A model generated the notes under the pieces. That model was not told the origin of the DNA. It made no database searches and saw only the letters and a list, made by a program, of their open reading frames with translations. The translations under genes were made by a program, and so were the position numbers. This document shows positions 10,725 to 20,409 of a stretch of DNA of 64,000 nt, one piece after another (the first letter of the stretch is position 1; every line of letters starts with the position of its first letter). Source of the stretch: an uncultured Acidobacteriaceae bacterium. GTDB taxonomy: Bacteria; Acidobacteriota; Terriglobia; Terriglobales; Acidobacteriaceae. The DNA lies in NCBI GenBank assembly GCA_963699185.1, contig OY969419.1:6206698-6270697 (forward strand), written 5' to 3'.

Positions 10725-12242
10725 ATGATTCTGACTCAAGTCCGCAAGACAGCTGTGATCCTGTTCCTCGGATTGTCGGCTAGTTATATCTGTCTCTCGC
10801 CCGGCTCCATAGCCGGCCAGGGATACGCTGCAGAAGAAATCGACTCGGGGTTGCGAATCCTCGCGGTCGCAAGCGCCTGGATCAAGGGGCACCCCGTGCC
10901 TCCGATGATATGGTCTCGCCATGGACCGGTGCCGGTCTTGTTCGATCTGCCATTTCTGAAGGCTGGCAAGCTTTTTGTTTCTCCGGATTTCATGCTTTCG
11001 TTTCAGCCGGCGATATTGACGGCGGCATTGGTGACCATCCTCTTTCTCTGGCTGCGCAATCTATGCTCGCCAGGGATGAGTCTGTTCCTGACGCTGACTG
11101 CAGCGTTCGGGACGATGCTCTGGCCGTATGCTTACATTGGGCTGGAGACCAAGCAATCGCTTTTTGTTTTCTTAGCGGGTTACCTGGCGCTTGCAGGAGG
11201 AAAAATTCGTAGCTGGCCGCGCCTGCTGTTATTTGCGGTGGTGTGCGGTCTCACGTTGGCCGCGAAGTCCACAGGAATCATTCTGTGGCCAGTGATCGCG
11301 TATCTGGTTTACGTACAGTTTCAGGGCGAATGGCGTGAGCAGCGCAAGCAGGTTCTGGTCTCGATCCTCATCATTGGGTCTATCTGGGCGCTGGGACACT
11401 GGGGCACCGATCGTTATTGGGGTCCTCGTGGTGGCGGAGCCGGGAGTTTTAGGATGTGGATGATCGATTCCCCGCTGCAGTACTTCACCAATCTGATGGG
11501 AGTCCTGGGCTCCCCCAGCAAAGGGTTTTTCGTCTATGCGCCCGTGATGCTGGTAAGCCTCTACGCGGTGCCGCGGGCATTTCGCACTCACCGTCCGATC
11601 GCGATCTTCGCCCTGCTCGTCACCGGATGCACCTTGGGTTTTATTTGCCTGCTGACTTCTCCTGCGGACGAGGTCTGGGGCCTGCGCTATATGCACATCG
11701 CCATCGCACCCCTGATGTTGTGTACCGGGGCCGCCTTTCCGAGGCTCGAGTGGCGCCGGCGTGCGGTGGTTGCACTTCTGGCCGTAATCGGCGTGGCGAT
11801 CTCATTTCTGGGCGTGTTTTATTACTACGGTGGGATTGACTTCGCCGCCACGAAGGACGGAGAGAACGTCTTAGAATGGCTCACCGGGGATAGCAGTTGG
11901 AATCCGATAGAATTTCATGCTCGTCTGTTCAGGGTATGGCTATTCGACAGAGGCGCCGCGCCCGTTCTGTGGACGCCGAAACACACCTGGGTGTGGACTC
12001 CGCCGCCCGATGCTCCGCCATCGAAGAGCATAGACCTGCGTGACTACTGCCAACCGCAGTCGTTTATGCTGCGCTTTTGGCACGCACCGAAGGACGGCGT
12101 TGTGTTACGGATCTTCGCGACCTACGTGTTCTCGCTCGTGCTCGGCGTTTTGCTGCTGACGTGGGTGGTTCTCCGTACTTTCAAGGAACCCGAGCGTGTC
12201 GGTGAATTCGGTCTGGGCGCCAGGGAAGTTCGCGCTACCTGA
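10725..12242 (+). CDS. Polytopic membrane protein, putative GT-C-type (ArnT/PMT-like) glycosyltransferase
   Basis: 505 aa with more than 10 hydrophobic segments. It lies downstream of a polyprenyl-P-sugar-synthase-like GT2. The assignment rests on architecture and context only. Confidence 0.45.
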   Translation: MILTQVRKTAVILFLGLSASYICLSPGSIAGQGYAAEEIDSGLRILAVASAWIKGHPVPPMIWSRHGPVPVLFDLPFLKAGKLFVSPDFMLSFQPAILTAALVTILFLWLRNLCSPGMSLFLTLTAAFGTMLWPYAYIGLETKQSLFVFLAGYLALAGGKIRSWPRLLLFAVVCGLTLAAKSTGIILWPVIAYLVYVQFQGEWREQRKQVLVSILIIGSIWALGHWGTDRYWGPRGGGAGSFRMWMIDSPLQYFTNLMGVLGSPSKGFFVYAPVMLVSLYAVPRAFRTHRPIAIFALLVTGCTLGFICLLTSPADEVWGLRYMHIAIAPLMLCTGAAFPRLEWRRRAVVALLAVIGVAISFLGVFYYYGGIDFAATKDGENVLEWLTGDSSWNPIEFHARLFRVWLFDRGAAPVLWTPKHTWVWTPPPDAPPSKSIDLRDYCQPQSFMLRFWHAPKDGVVLRIFATYVFSLVLGVLLLTWVVLRTFKEPERVGEFGLGAREVRAT

Positions 12243-12269
12243 GCGCAGAGGTCATTTCAGAAAGGATGC

Positions 12270-13016
12270 TTGACCAAGATGAGCTCGAAATCGCTACCTG
12301 ATACTGAGTGGCTCAAGGCAAGGATTACCGAGGAACCATACTGGTTCCATCGGATGGAGTTTGCCGGTGGAATTGTGACGCCGGGTTGGAGTGACCCCGA
12401 AGTCGACAAACTACCCCACTACGGCCTGCCCGCGGACATGACCGGGATGCGCGTCCTTGATATCGGCAACGCCGAAGGCTTTTTCTCCTTCGAAGCCGAA
12501 AAGCGAGGAGCTGCGGAAGTCATTGGTATTGAGAACTACCCTCCAATGGCCCGAAAGTTTGAGATCTGCCGAGCGGCGCTGGGATCCCGAGCGCGCACTT
12601 ATATGGCAAACGTCTACGATCTCAACCCCGGCACGTTTGGCACCTTCGATCTGGTGATGTTCTACGGAGTCCTATACCATCTGCGGCATCCGATTCTCGC
12701 CCTGCAGAAGATCGCCTCCGTTTGCACCGGCACCATCCTTATGCAGACGGCAACCTGCGACAACGCGAGCGACAAGCCGATGGCCGAGTTCCACCCTTTT
12801 GGCCTGAAGAGCGGACCACCAGAGAACCCAAGTTACGATCCCACCTGCTTCTGGTTCCCCAACATTGCCTGTTGCATCGCCATGCTTCAGCACGTTGGAT
12901 TTCAGAACGTCGAGCAGATCTCAAAGAATGCTCCGGTTGGCGGAGTATTCCGAGCCCGGGCGACTCTACAGCAAAAGGGCGCTCCCCCGGATGAAATGAA
13001 GGCCCCCTGGTCCTAG
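12270..13016 (+). CDS. Class I SAM-dependent methyltransferase (DUF1698/CmoB-like fold)
   Basis: 'MRVLDIGNAEGFFSFEAEKRGAAEVIGIE' and 'FDLVMFYGVLYHLRHP'. It is a paralogue of the 26792..27514 product. Confidence 0.7.
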   Translation: MTKMSSKSLPDTEWLKARITEEPYWFHRMEFAGGIVTPGWSDPEVDKLPHYGLPADMTGMRVLDIGNAEGFFSFEAEKRGAAEVIGIENYPPMARKFEICRAALGSRARTYMANVYDLNPGTFGTFDLVMFYGVLYHLRHPILALQKIASVCTGTILMQTATCDNASDKPMAEFHPFGLKSGPPENPSYDPTCFWFPNIACCIAMLQHVGFQNVEQISKNAPVGGVFRARATLQQKGAPPDEMKAPWS

Positions 13017-13364
13017 ACTGAGCTGTCTGCAAGAACTCTCGCTGGCTTCTGCCGAGCAACGCCTGACGACGCATTTCGATCTCGCACCAGATCGGCCATC
13101 CATCCAACGACAATTTTCCGACCGCACTGGTCCCGATTCCGCGGGAAAATGCTGCAAGTTGAGCGGCCCACGCTCGCAGGTGGAATCCCCGGCTGCGATG
13201 GAACGGACATGATGGCCTCCGAGTCAAGTTCGAGATCGTCGAACCGCTCACCACCCTTGCCACTGTGAGGAAGGACATTCGACTTGACCGTGTGGCAGTT
13301 CGCCAATGCCTGCTGATTTCTTGTCAGTGTGTTAATGTTGGGTTAAATCGCTGAGCTAAGGAAA

Positions 13365-14240
13365 ATGCTGCCCGGGAAACTCGTTGGAAGACTGAGTACC
13401 ATTAGAGACCGTTTCGTTGCCTCTAGGACCTCCCCGGGCCCCCTGATAGATCCGGTAATCGCGCACATCCATGTCCCGAAGTGCGGTGGCACCGCATTTC
13501 GCAAGTTTCTAATTCAACATTATCGGGCTGCACATCTCGCCCTTTACGTACCAGATACCTACTTTGTCTATCCGCAGGATCAGATCGCCGAGTATTTGCG
13601 CGACAGGTCCGTACGAGGGTTTAGCTCACATTTCGTAAGAACCTTTCCAGATCGGATTGCCGGGCGGGATATTGTGTACATCACTTTCCTGCGTAACCCC
13701 GTCGATCAGTTCATTTCGTACATCACCCATATAAAGAAACACTTCGGCACCATTCCGGATAAGCCTTTATTAAGCGCATTGCCTCCCGATCCAACTAGGA
13801 TGTCGGTACGTGAGATAGCACGATGGATCTTAACCAGCGATCAAGAGGTGAACTTTCACGAGAACTACACCGTTAATTTTTTCGCTCGTTACTCAATGCC
13901 GGGCGAGACGGGGCCATTCCGCAAAGACAAAGCCTACGTAAGACACCGTCTGTCCGCAGCGTCGCGCATTCTAGATCGCTTCTTTTTCGTGGGAGTCGCC
14001 GAACGGATGGGCCTAAGCGTGGCGATCCTCAGAAACTTGATGTTGCGGTCCAATCTCGATTTTCCTCAGGGCGAAGTACCTGTCGACAACACATCGTTTG
14101 AGTTCAGGGACGACCTCAGCTGGATTCACCACAAAGATGAGGTTGGGCGGTTGCTCTTGAAGTCGCTGCAAGAAGATCAGAGGTTGTACCAGCGGGCGAT
14201 GGAACGGTTTCAGGCGCTAGCGCTGCGATTCCCATTGTAG
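13365..14240 (+). CDS. Sulfotransferase family protein
   Basis: 5'-PSB-like motif 'HVPKCGGTAFR' and 3'-PB-like motif 'LRNPVDQFIS'. Confidence 0.6.
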   Translation: MLPGKLVGRLSTIRDRFVASRTSPGPLIDPVIAHIHVPKCGGTAFRKFLIQHYRAAHLALYVPDTYFVYPQDQIAEYLRDRSVRGFSSHFVRTFPDRIAGRDIVYITFLRNPVDQFISYITHIKKHFGTIPDKPLLSALPPDPTRMSVREIARWILTSDQEVNFHENYTVNFFARYSMPGETGPFRKDKAYVRHRLSAASRILDRFFFVGVAERMGLSVAILRNLMLRSNLDFPQGEVPVDNTSFEFRDDLSWIHHKDEVGRLLLKSLQEDQRLYQRAMERFQALALRFPL

Positions 14241-14649
14241 GAATGGCGACCTGACGGAAGAGCAATACCTGCCGCACCAACACCGCGCTCGATTACCATT
14301 GACCAGTCGCTGGTTACTACGATAGGAGCGTCGATCCGTCATGCCGCTTCGATTACTCGTCATTTCTCTCTAGTGGTCGGCGCAACCCTACTGCCGTTCG
14401 CCGTTGCCGAGAGCACCGATTGCACATCACCCGTGATCATCATCCCGGATGGTCGGCCCACACAGAGCTCGTTCCCCCAAGATACAACCTTGTGGTACGG
14501 CATTTACGTCCATCTCTAACAATGTTGGGAGTGTCAAGAGTTTTTTGAGCACACTACTCCCGGCCCTCCGAGGAGCGCGCCATTTCGCTCTCGTTGAAAA
14601 CTCGCCATCGTCGACCCAGGCTCGCGTCTAATCTTTCGGGCGGCACTCA

Positions 14650-15960
14650 GTCCGACCCAACCATCTCTCCGGTCACAACTGCGATCATGATTACCACTTC
14701 GAACTCCCTCTTAGGAGGGAGCGGGAGGTCCAATCAAGTGGGCGGTGATTTACTGCACACCATGGACGTAGTCGGACTCTCCCGCGTGCGAACCGAATTT
14801 CATAGTCTGTTGATAATCCCGTTGCGTGCGCCACATCCAGTAGAGCGAGACCGCTAGCTTCCTCGCCATCGCTACCTTGGCAATCCGTCTTTCGCGTCGC
14901 ATCGCCAAGTGGGTATACCGGCGTCGCCAGTCGGGGTCGCGCCGTACCGCAGCTTGCGCTGCCTCCACCAGCAGGAAGCGCAGCAGAGAGTTGCCTTGCT
15001 TGGTGATATGTCCCAGCCGCCTCCGATCGGCGCTGGAGTCTTCACAAGGGATCAGCCCGACGTAGCTGGCGATCTGCTTGCCACAAGCAAAGCGCTCCGC
15101 CGAGCCAACAATCAGCACGAAGGCCAGGGCGGTAATAGGTCCCACCCCAGGATGCGTCGTCAGGCGCAACACCTCGGGCCGTTGCTTGGCTTCCTGCTCG
15201 ACGGTCGTGCTTAACTCCTCGATCGTCGGATTCAATCGATCCAGCAGCTCCAGTAAGTCGTGCCGGCGCCGTGCCGCCCAGGGAGCCAGCGGAAGCGACT
15301 CTAACTGTGCTCGCCCCGACTTGCTCCACAGCCCTTTCTTGCGGCGTACTCCTTCATTCATGGCCACGGCCTGCAACTGATTCATGATCCGCGTTCGCAT
15401 CTGCACCAGCCGATGCCGATGCCACAGCAGCTGACGCAGATCTCGATTTTCCGCACTGGGTACCCACACCCGAGGAAAGCGATCCTCTAGCAGCAGCTGC
15501 AGCAGCAGCGCGGCATCCAGGCGATCTGTCTTCTGCTTTCGCACTCGCTTGGCCTTGATCTGCGCCGGATCTCCGATCCACAGCTCGAAGCCCAGTTCCG
15601 CCAGCAGCCGCTCGAACCAGCGGGCATGTCCGGTCGCCTCCATCCCCACTCGCACACTGCAGCCTGCTGCCTTCAGCTCACGATAGAACTTCTCGGCTTC
15701 TCCATCGCTATGATTCAGTCGCCGTTCAGCGCACTCCTCGGTGTCGGTATTTACAAGCGCGATTTGTTGAACGCTGGGGTGATAGTCCACACCTATAATC
15801 CACATATCGGCTCCTTCCTGCCGAGCCTTGGGTCGTCGACAAACCGAAGTCTACTCGGTGGTCGAGGGGGCCGACATTGTTATGAAATCAAGCCAGACAC
15901 TCTTACTCGGTTGAATTCGAGCCCCCTGCGGACAATTACCTGAATGCCAACCGGCCTCAA
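14650..15960 (-). mobile_element. IS110-family insertion sequence (boundaries approximate)
   Basis: It contains a complete IS110-type transposase gene. The family lacks obvious terminal inverted repeats, so the ends were not resolved by eye. Confidence 0.7.
14750..15805 (-). CDS. IS110 family transposase
   Basis: 351 aa. N-terminus 'MWIIGVDYHPSVQQIALV' (DEDD RuvC-like), and C-terminal 'ASYVGLIPCEDSSADRRRLGHITKQGNSLLRFLLVEAA' (Transposase_20 region). Confidence 0.9.
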   Translation of the reverse strand: MWIIGVDYHPSVQQIALVNTDTEECAERRLNHSDGEAEKFYRELKAAGCSVRVGMEATGHARWFERLLAELGFELWIGDPAQIKAKRVRKQKTDRLDAALLLQLLLEDRFPRVWVPSAENRDLRQLLWHRHRLVQMRTRIMNQLQAVAMNEGVRRKKGLWSKSGRAQLESLPLAPWAARRRHDLLELLDRLNPTIEELSTTVEQEAKQRPEVLRLTTHPGVGPITALAFVLIVGSAERFACGKQIASYVGLIPCEDSSADRRRLGHITKQGNSLLRFLLVEAAQAAVRRDPDWRRRYTHLAMRRERRIAKVAMARKLAVSLYWMWRTQRDYQQTMKFGSHAGESDYVHGVQ

Positions 15961-16008
15961 TTCAGCACACTTGGTATTTTCGGTCCCACTGACTATCTGC
16001 AAGCGGCC

Positions 16009-16506
16009 GTGGAACTTCCAGCGTGGCAGTTACGCAGAATAGTGGCTATGCTCCCGTCATCCTTAAGAAAGGACTGGCGCAGGACGCAGAGCGTCGTTCA
16101 CGGCACCGAGTGCCGGACTCTACATGGTCTCTTTCACCAACATTGGCGGCACGGCAGCTATTCATTTCGCGCCGTCGATACAACACTCGTCACTGTTCGA
16201 TGGAACACGGCAACCGACTATGACGCTCTGTGGGCCTTGTTGAATGTTTCTGACATGCCGATCACGGGAACCATTACGGTGATCGACATGAACGGCCAAG
16301 TCCTGACCGCATTACAACTGAGCATCCCCCCTGGGGGCCGCGTCGCGCGGTCTTCCGGGACCTCTGATGTTAACGTCCCTCGTAACACGGCTGGCTCGGC
16401 CCTGTTTAGCCACAACGGGCCGCCTAACTCAGTCATGGCGGAGGCTCCCATGATTGGTCCCACTTCGACTTTGCCGCAGAAGTTCGAGGCCCTCACGCCC
16501 CGATGA
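16009..16506 (+). pseudogene. Probable remnant of a secreted beta-rich protein gene (frameshifted region flanking the IS110)
   Basis: The 165-aa ORF lacks a convincing start. Neighbouring frames at 15940-16230 and 14340-14520 carry ORF pieces, including a signal-peptide-like 'VVGATLLPFAVAES'. Confidence 0.3.
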
Positions 16507-16800
16507 ATAGTCCTGCTGGAACCAGGTCCGGCATCTAGGCCGAAGGCGACTTCGTCGTCTAAGCGACCGACTGTTGCCGGCCGCACCCAAGGCGGATGCA
16601 AGCAACTATTAGTGTCCGTCCGTGAAAAGCTGACCACTTCTACTCAGGATACAGGCATGGTTCCGTGGGGCGACGTCGCCTGGATGTAGGGAAAGAGCAT
16701 GATACGATAACTGTTTCGACGCTCGCTGCGGTCGAAAAAGACTCCTTGTTACCCGAGTTATTCGGAAACAACGCCACCGACGGCGCCGCGGGAGTGGTTT

Positions 16801-19800
16801 TTGAAGCTTATGGCACTCGCTGGACAGTTCTCTAGCCTTCATCAAGTCATTGAAAGTCTCCAGATTGGTGACGAATTCCTCTGGGAGCCGCTCCGACTGA
16901 CTCATGTCAGTCCCTGGGCCGGTCACCTGACCACGGCGTTTTGGCTTACCAAGGCCGTCAGACCCCGCGTCTTTGTGGAACTTGGCACTCACACTGGCAA
17001 TTCTTATTCCGCATTTTGCCAAGCCATCTCATGGCTCGGATTGCCGGCGCTCGCTTTCGCTGTCGACACCTGGCGGGGTGATGACCAAACCGGGTTTTAT
17101 GAGGAAGACGTCTTCAACGACCTTCGCGCCTTTAACGAGAATCATTTTGCCGGCTTCTCCAAGCTCCTGCGCACTACCTTTGACGAAGCCCATGAGTACT
17201 TCGATGATGGCAGTGTTGATCTCCTGCATATCGATGGCCTCCACACCTACGAGGCTGTCAGGCACGATTTCGAGACTTGGAAGAACGCGGCCTCGTCATC
17301 TGCGGTTGTCATCTTCCACGACACCAACGGGCGAGGGCGAGATTTCGGCGTCTGGAGGCTCTGGCGCGAGTTGGCGGAAACATATCCTGCATTTGAATTC
17401 CACCACTCGGAAGGACTAGGGATTCTGGGAGTTGGCCAGAATCAAACGCCACTCTTACAGCGGCTTTTTGAACTTGGGGGCAATCCGGAATCGCGCGCCA
17501 TGATACAACGGATCTTTGCTGCTCGTGGCGACGCTTTTCTCGGACGCGCGCGGACCCTTGAGGTCACCCGTCAGTTCAATGCCGTGTCGGCCGATCTCCA
17601 GGCGCAGTTAGGTCGTATCTCTGATCTTGAGGCCGGCCTTGCCAGCCTCAATGCGGTAATTCGAGACCGCGATCTCGAGCTCGAGACCAGCCGTCAGGCG
17701 ATTAGCGCCCTGCAACAGGAACTGGTTGGCCGCGACGCAACCCTCGCGGGCCGTGAACAGGAAGTTCGGACCAAAGCTGAATCGATCAGCAACCTCCAGC
17801 AGGAACTTGCCGGCCGTGAACAGGAAGTTCGGACCAAAGCTGGCTTGATCAGCAGCCTCCAACAGGAACTTGCTGGTCGCGACGAGGAGATCCGTCGCGC
17901 GAGCACCGTCGTTCAGCAACGGGAGCTTACGATTGCCTCGAAAAACAAGATAATCGGTGCGAGTCAGCGGAAGATCGCAGAGCTGGATGAATGTGCCTCC
18001 AAGCTGCGAGAGCACATTGCCGACGCAACTAAGAGTTTTGACGAGGAGAGGTCGACCGCCGCGGACCGCATCGAGCGCTTGCAACAGGAATTGGCAGGCA
18101 CCCAGCAGACGCTGGGTCTAATTGAGAGCAGTACCTCTTGGACAATCGCGTCCCGGGTTCGCTCTGCCTTTCAGAATTACCCGACAGTGCGCCTGTACGT
18201 TCGTCGACTCGCTCGCCTCCTCTGGTGGATGGTATCTTTCCAGCTGATTGGCCGGCTCCGCGCTCGGCATCGTCTGCTCGAGACACGCGACATGATCGCC
18301 CAGTCTTCGTTGTTTGACGGAGCGTGGTACCTGTCACAATATGCGGGTATCGCCGAGGCCGGCTGCGATCCGGCGCTGCATTACGCGTTGTTCGGCGCCA
18401 CCGAGCGCCGCAATCCAGGGCCGCAGTTCGACGCCGAGGCTTATCTGCTGCGCTATCCGGATGTGGCCGAGGCCGGAGTGAACCCTCTGATCCACTATCT
18501 GGAACATGGAGCAAGCGAGGGGCGAGTCATCAGTTCGGTAGGCGCACCCCCAGACGACACGAAAGTCCCGGCTGAAATGACGAAGCATGACTATCAGAGC
18601 TGGGTAACTTGCTACGATACGATTAAAGATGAGGACAGGGCCGCGATCATCAGACACATCGAGCTGTTGCGGGATCGGCCGCTGATCTCGGTACTAATGC
18701 CCGTTTATGACACCAAGCCGGCCTTTCTTCGAAAAGCGCTGGATTCGGTACTGTCACAGCTCTACCCGATTTGGGAGCTCTGCATCGCTGATGACGCTTC
18801 TTCCAATCCCGAAACCCGCACCATCCTCGACGATTATGCCCGCCGTGACCGGCGTATTAAGCTGGTTTATCGGAATGAGAATGGCCACATCTCCGCAGCC
18901 AGCAATTCCGCTTTGCAACTGGCGACTGGCGACTTCATAGCGTTAATGGATCACGATGACGAGTTGCCAGTGCATGCGCTCTACATGGTGGCGGTCACAG
19001 TCAATGAGTATCCCGAAGCTGACATCATCTACTCCGATGAAGACAAGATCGATGCCGACGGTGTGCGCCAGACACCTTACTTTAAGCCGGATTGGAACCC
19101 GGAGCTTTTCTATTCGCAAAACTATCTAAGTCATTTCGGCGTCTTCCGTGCATCGTTGGTGCGTGCGGTCGGAGGCTTCCGCCTCGGGTACGAAGGCAGC
19201 CAGGATTACGACTTGGCGTTAAGGATTGTTGCGCTTACGAAGCCAGACCGGATCCGCCACATTCCGCACGTACTCTACCATTGGCGCACCGCTCCTGGGC
19301 TCCAGACGTTTTCCATCGACCATCTGCCCACTGCCGTGCAATCTTCGCGTCGCGCGATCGCTGATTATCTTGCTGAGCGAGGCGAAAATGTTCGAGTTAC
19401 CGGCGGCAGCCTGCCTCAATTCAATCGCGTCGTCAGGCAACTTCCCAATCCTGCTCCCTTCGTCTCGGTGATCATCCCAACCCGCGACCGCGTTTCATTG
19501 CTTCGCGGCTGTGTGGACGGTCTCCTTCATCGCACGGCCTACGACAACCTGGAAATCATCATCGTTGACAATGACAGCTGCGAGGTGGATACCGTCGAAT
19601 ACTTGAATAGCCTGCGAAAGGAATCTAAGGTTCGCGTTTTGCGAATCGAAGGCGAGTTCAACTATTCCGCCTTGAACAATCGTGCTGTCTGTCAGGCCCG
19701 GGGCGACTTGATTGGGTTGCTTAATAATGACATTGAAGTCATCCACCCCGAATGGCTGCAGGAGATGGTCACGCAGGTTATGCAGCCTGGTGTAGGGGCG

Positions 19801-20409
19801 GTGGGCGCAAAGCTCTACTATTCCGACAACACAATTCAGCACGCCGGGGTAATAATTGGATTAGGTGGAGTAGCGGGTCACAGCCACCTCCGGCAGTCCC
19901 GCTCCGACCCCGGTTATTTTGGTAGGTTGCATTTGGTTCATGACGTGTCCTGCGTCACCGGTGCCTGTCTTTTGACGCATAAGAGCCTTTTTCTTGATTT
20001 GGGAGGGCTCGACGAGAAAGACCTGAAGATAGCTTTCAACGACGTAGACCTCTGCCTCAGGCTTCGCAAAGCAGGTTACCGCATAGTCTGGACGCCCTAT
20101 GCTGAGCTATATCATCTGGAATCGGCGTCTAGGGGCTATGACTTCGATCCGGTCCGCGTGGAACGGATTACCCAGGAATCGAGGGTAATGATCGAGCGCT
20201 GGGGTAAGACGCTCGAAGAAGATCCCCTCTACAATCCCAACCTATCTCTAATAGCCAGCGAGAACCACAAGCCTGCCTTTCCCCCGCGCATACAGAAATC
20301 TTGGCTTTGTCCGTTTCCGGTCTCGGCAAACAGCGACCAGCAGACTGCTGCTGCATGGAGTAGCCTTGAAGCGCCGCGCCCCGGTACGCAAGAAAGCATC
20401 ACGACTTAA
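16801..20409 (+). CDS. Multidomain glycan assembly protein: N-terminal class I methyltransferase (Methyltransf_24-like), ~200-aa coiled coil, two GT2 glycosyltransferase domains
   Basis: 1202 aa. The methyltransferase region has 'VELGTHTGNSY...VDLLHIDGLHTYEAV'. Heptad-rich repeats are 'LQQELAGREQEVRTKA'. GT2 domain 1 has 'ISVLMPVYDT...CIADDAS...LMDHDDEL'. GT2 domain 2 has 'VSVIIPTRDR...IIVDNDS...LLNNDIE'. TTG start with GGAG 7 nt upstream. Confidence 0.85.
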   Translation: MKLMALAGQFSSLHQVIESLQIGDEFLWEPLRLTHVSPWAGHLTTAFWLTKAVRPRVFVELGTHTGNSYSAFCQAISWLGLPALAFAVDTWRGDDQTGFYEEDVFNDLRAFNENHFAGFSKLLRTTFDEAHEYFDDGSVDLLHIDGLHTYEAVRHDFETWKNAASSSAVVIFHDTNGRGRDFGVWRLWRELAETYPAFEFHHSEGLGILGVGQNQTPLLQRLFELGGNPESRAMIQRIFAARGDAFLGRARTLEVTRQFNAVSADLQAQLGRISDLEAGLASLNAVIRDRDLELETSRQAISALQQELVGRDATLAGREQEVRTKAESISNLQQELAGREQEVRTKAGLISSLQQELAGRDEEIRRASTVVQQRELTIASKNKIIGASQRKIAELDECASKLREHIADATKSFDEERSTAADRIERLQQELAGTQQTLGLIESSTSWTIASRVRSAFQNYPTVRLYVRRLARLLWWMVSFQLIGRLRARHRLLETRDMIAQSSLFDGAWYLSQYAGIAEAGCDPALHYALFGATERRNPGPQFDAEAYLLRYPDVAEAGVNPLIHYLEHGASEGRVISSVGAPPDDTKVPAEMTKHDYQSWVTCYDTIKDEDRAAIIRHIELLRDRPLISVLMPVYDTKPAFLRKALDSVLSQLYPIWELCIADDASSNPETRTILDDYARRDRRIKLVYRNENGHISAASNSALQLATGDFIALMDHDDELPVHALYMVAVTVNEYPEADIIYSDEDKIDADGVRQTPYFKPDWNPELFYSQNYLSHFGVFRASLVRAVGGFRLGYEGSQDYDLALRIVALTKPDRIRHIPHVLYHWRTAPGLQTFSIDHLPTAVQSSRRAIADYLAERGENVRVTGGSLPQFNRVVRQLPNPAPFVSVIIPTRDRVSLLRGCVDGLLHRTAYDNLEIIIVDNDSCEVDTVEYLNSLRKESKVRVLRIEGEFNYSALNNRAVCQARGDLIGLLNNDIEVIHPEWLQEMVTQVMQPGVGAVGAKLYYSDNTIQHAGVIIGLGGVAGHSHLRQSRSDPGYFGRLHLVHDVSCVTGACLLTHKSLFLDLGGLDEKDLKIAFNDVDLCLRLRKAGYRIVWTPYAELYHLESASRGYDFDPVRVERITQESRVMIERWGKTLEEDPLYNPNLSLIASENHKPAFPPRIQKSWLCPFPVSANSDQQTAAAWSSLEAPRPGTQESITT
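17749..17874 (+). repeat. Tandem 63-bp (21-codon) duplication inside the coiled-coil region
   Basis: Copies 17749-17811 and 17812-17874 are identical at 57 of 63 positions (GREQEVRTKAESISNLQQELA / GREQEVRTKAGLISSLQQELA). More degenerate units flank them. Confidence 0.9.

Noticed and set aside
17749-17874. Tandem repeats (here and at 33933-34012) considered as a CRISPR array
   Set aside because: There are only two units. They are directly adjacent or have a non-unique spacer, one set is inside a CDS and in frame, and no cas genes are present.
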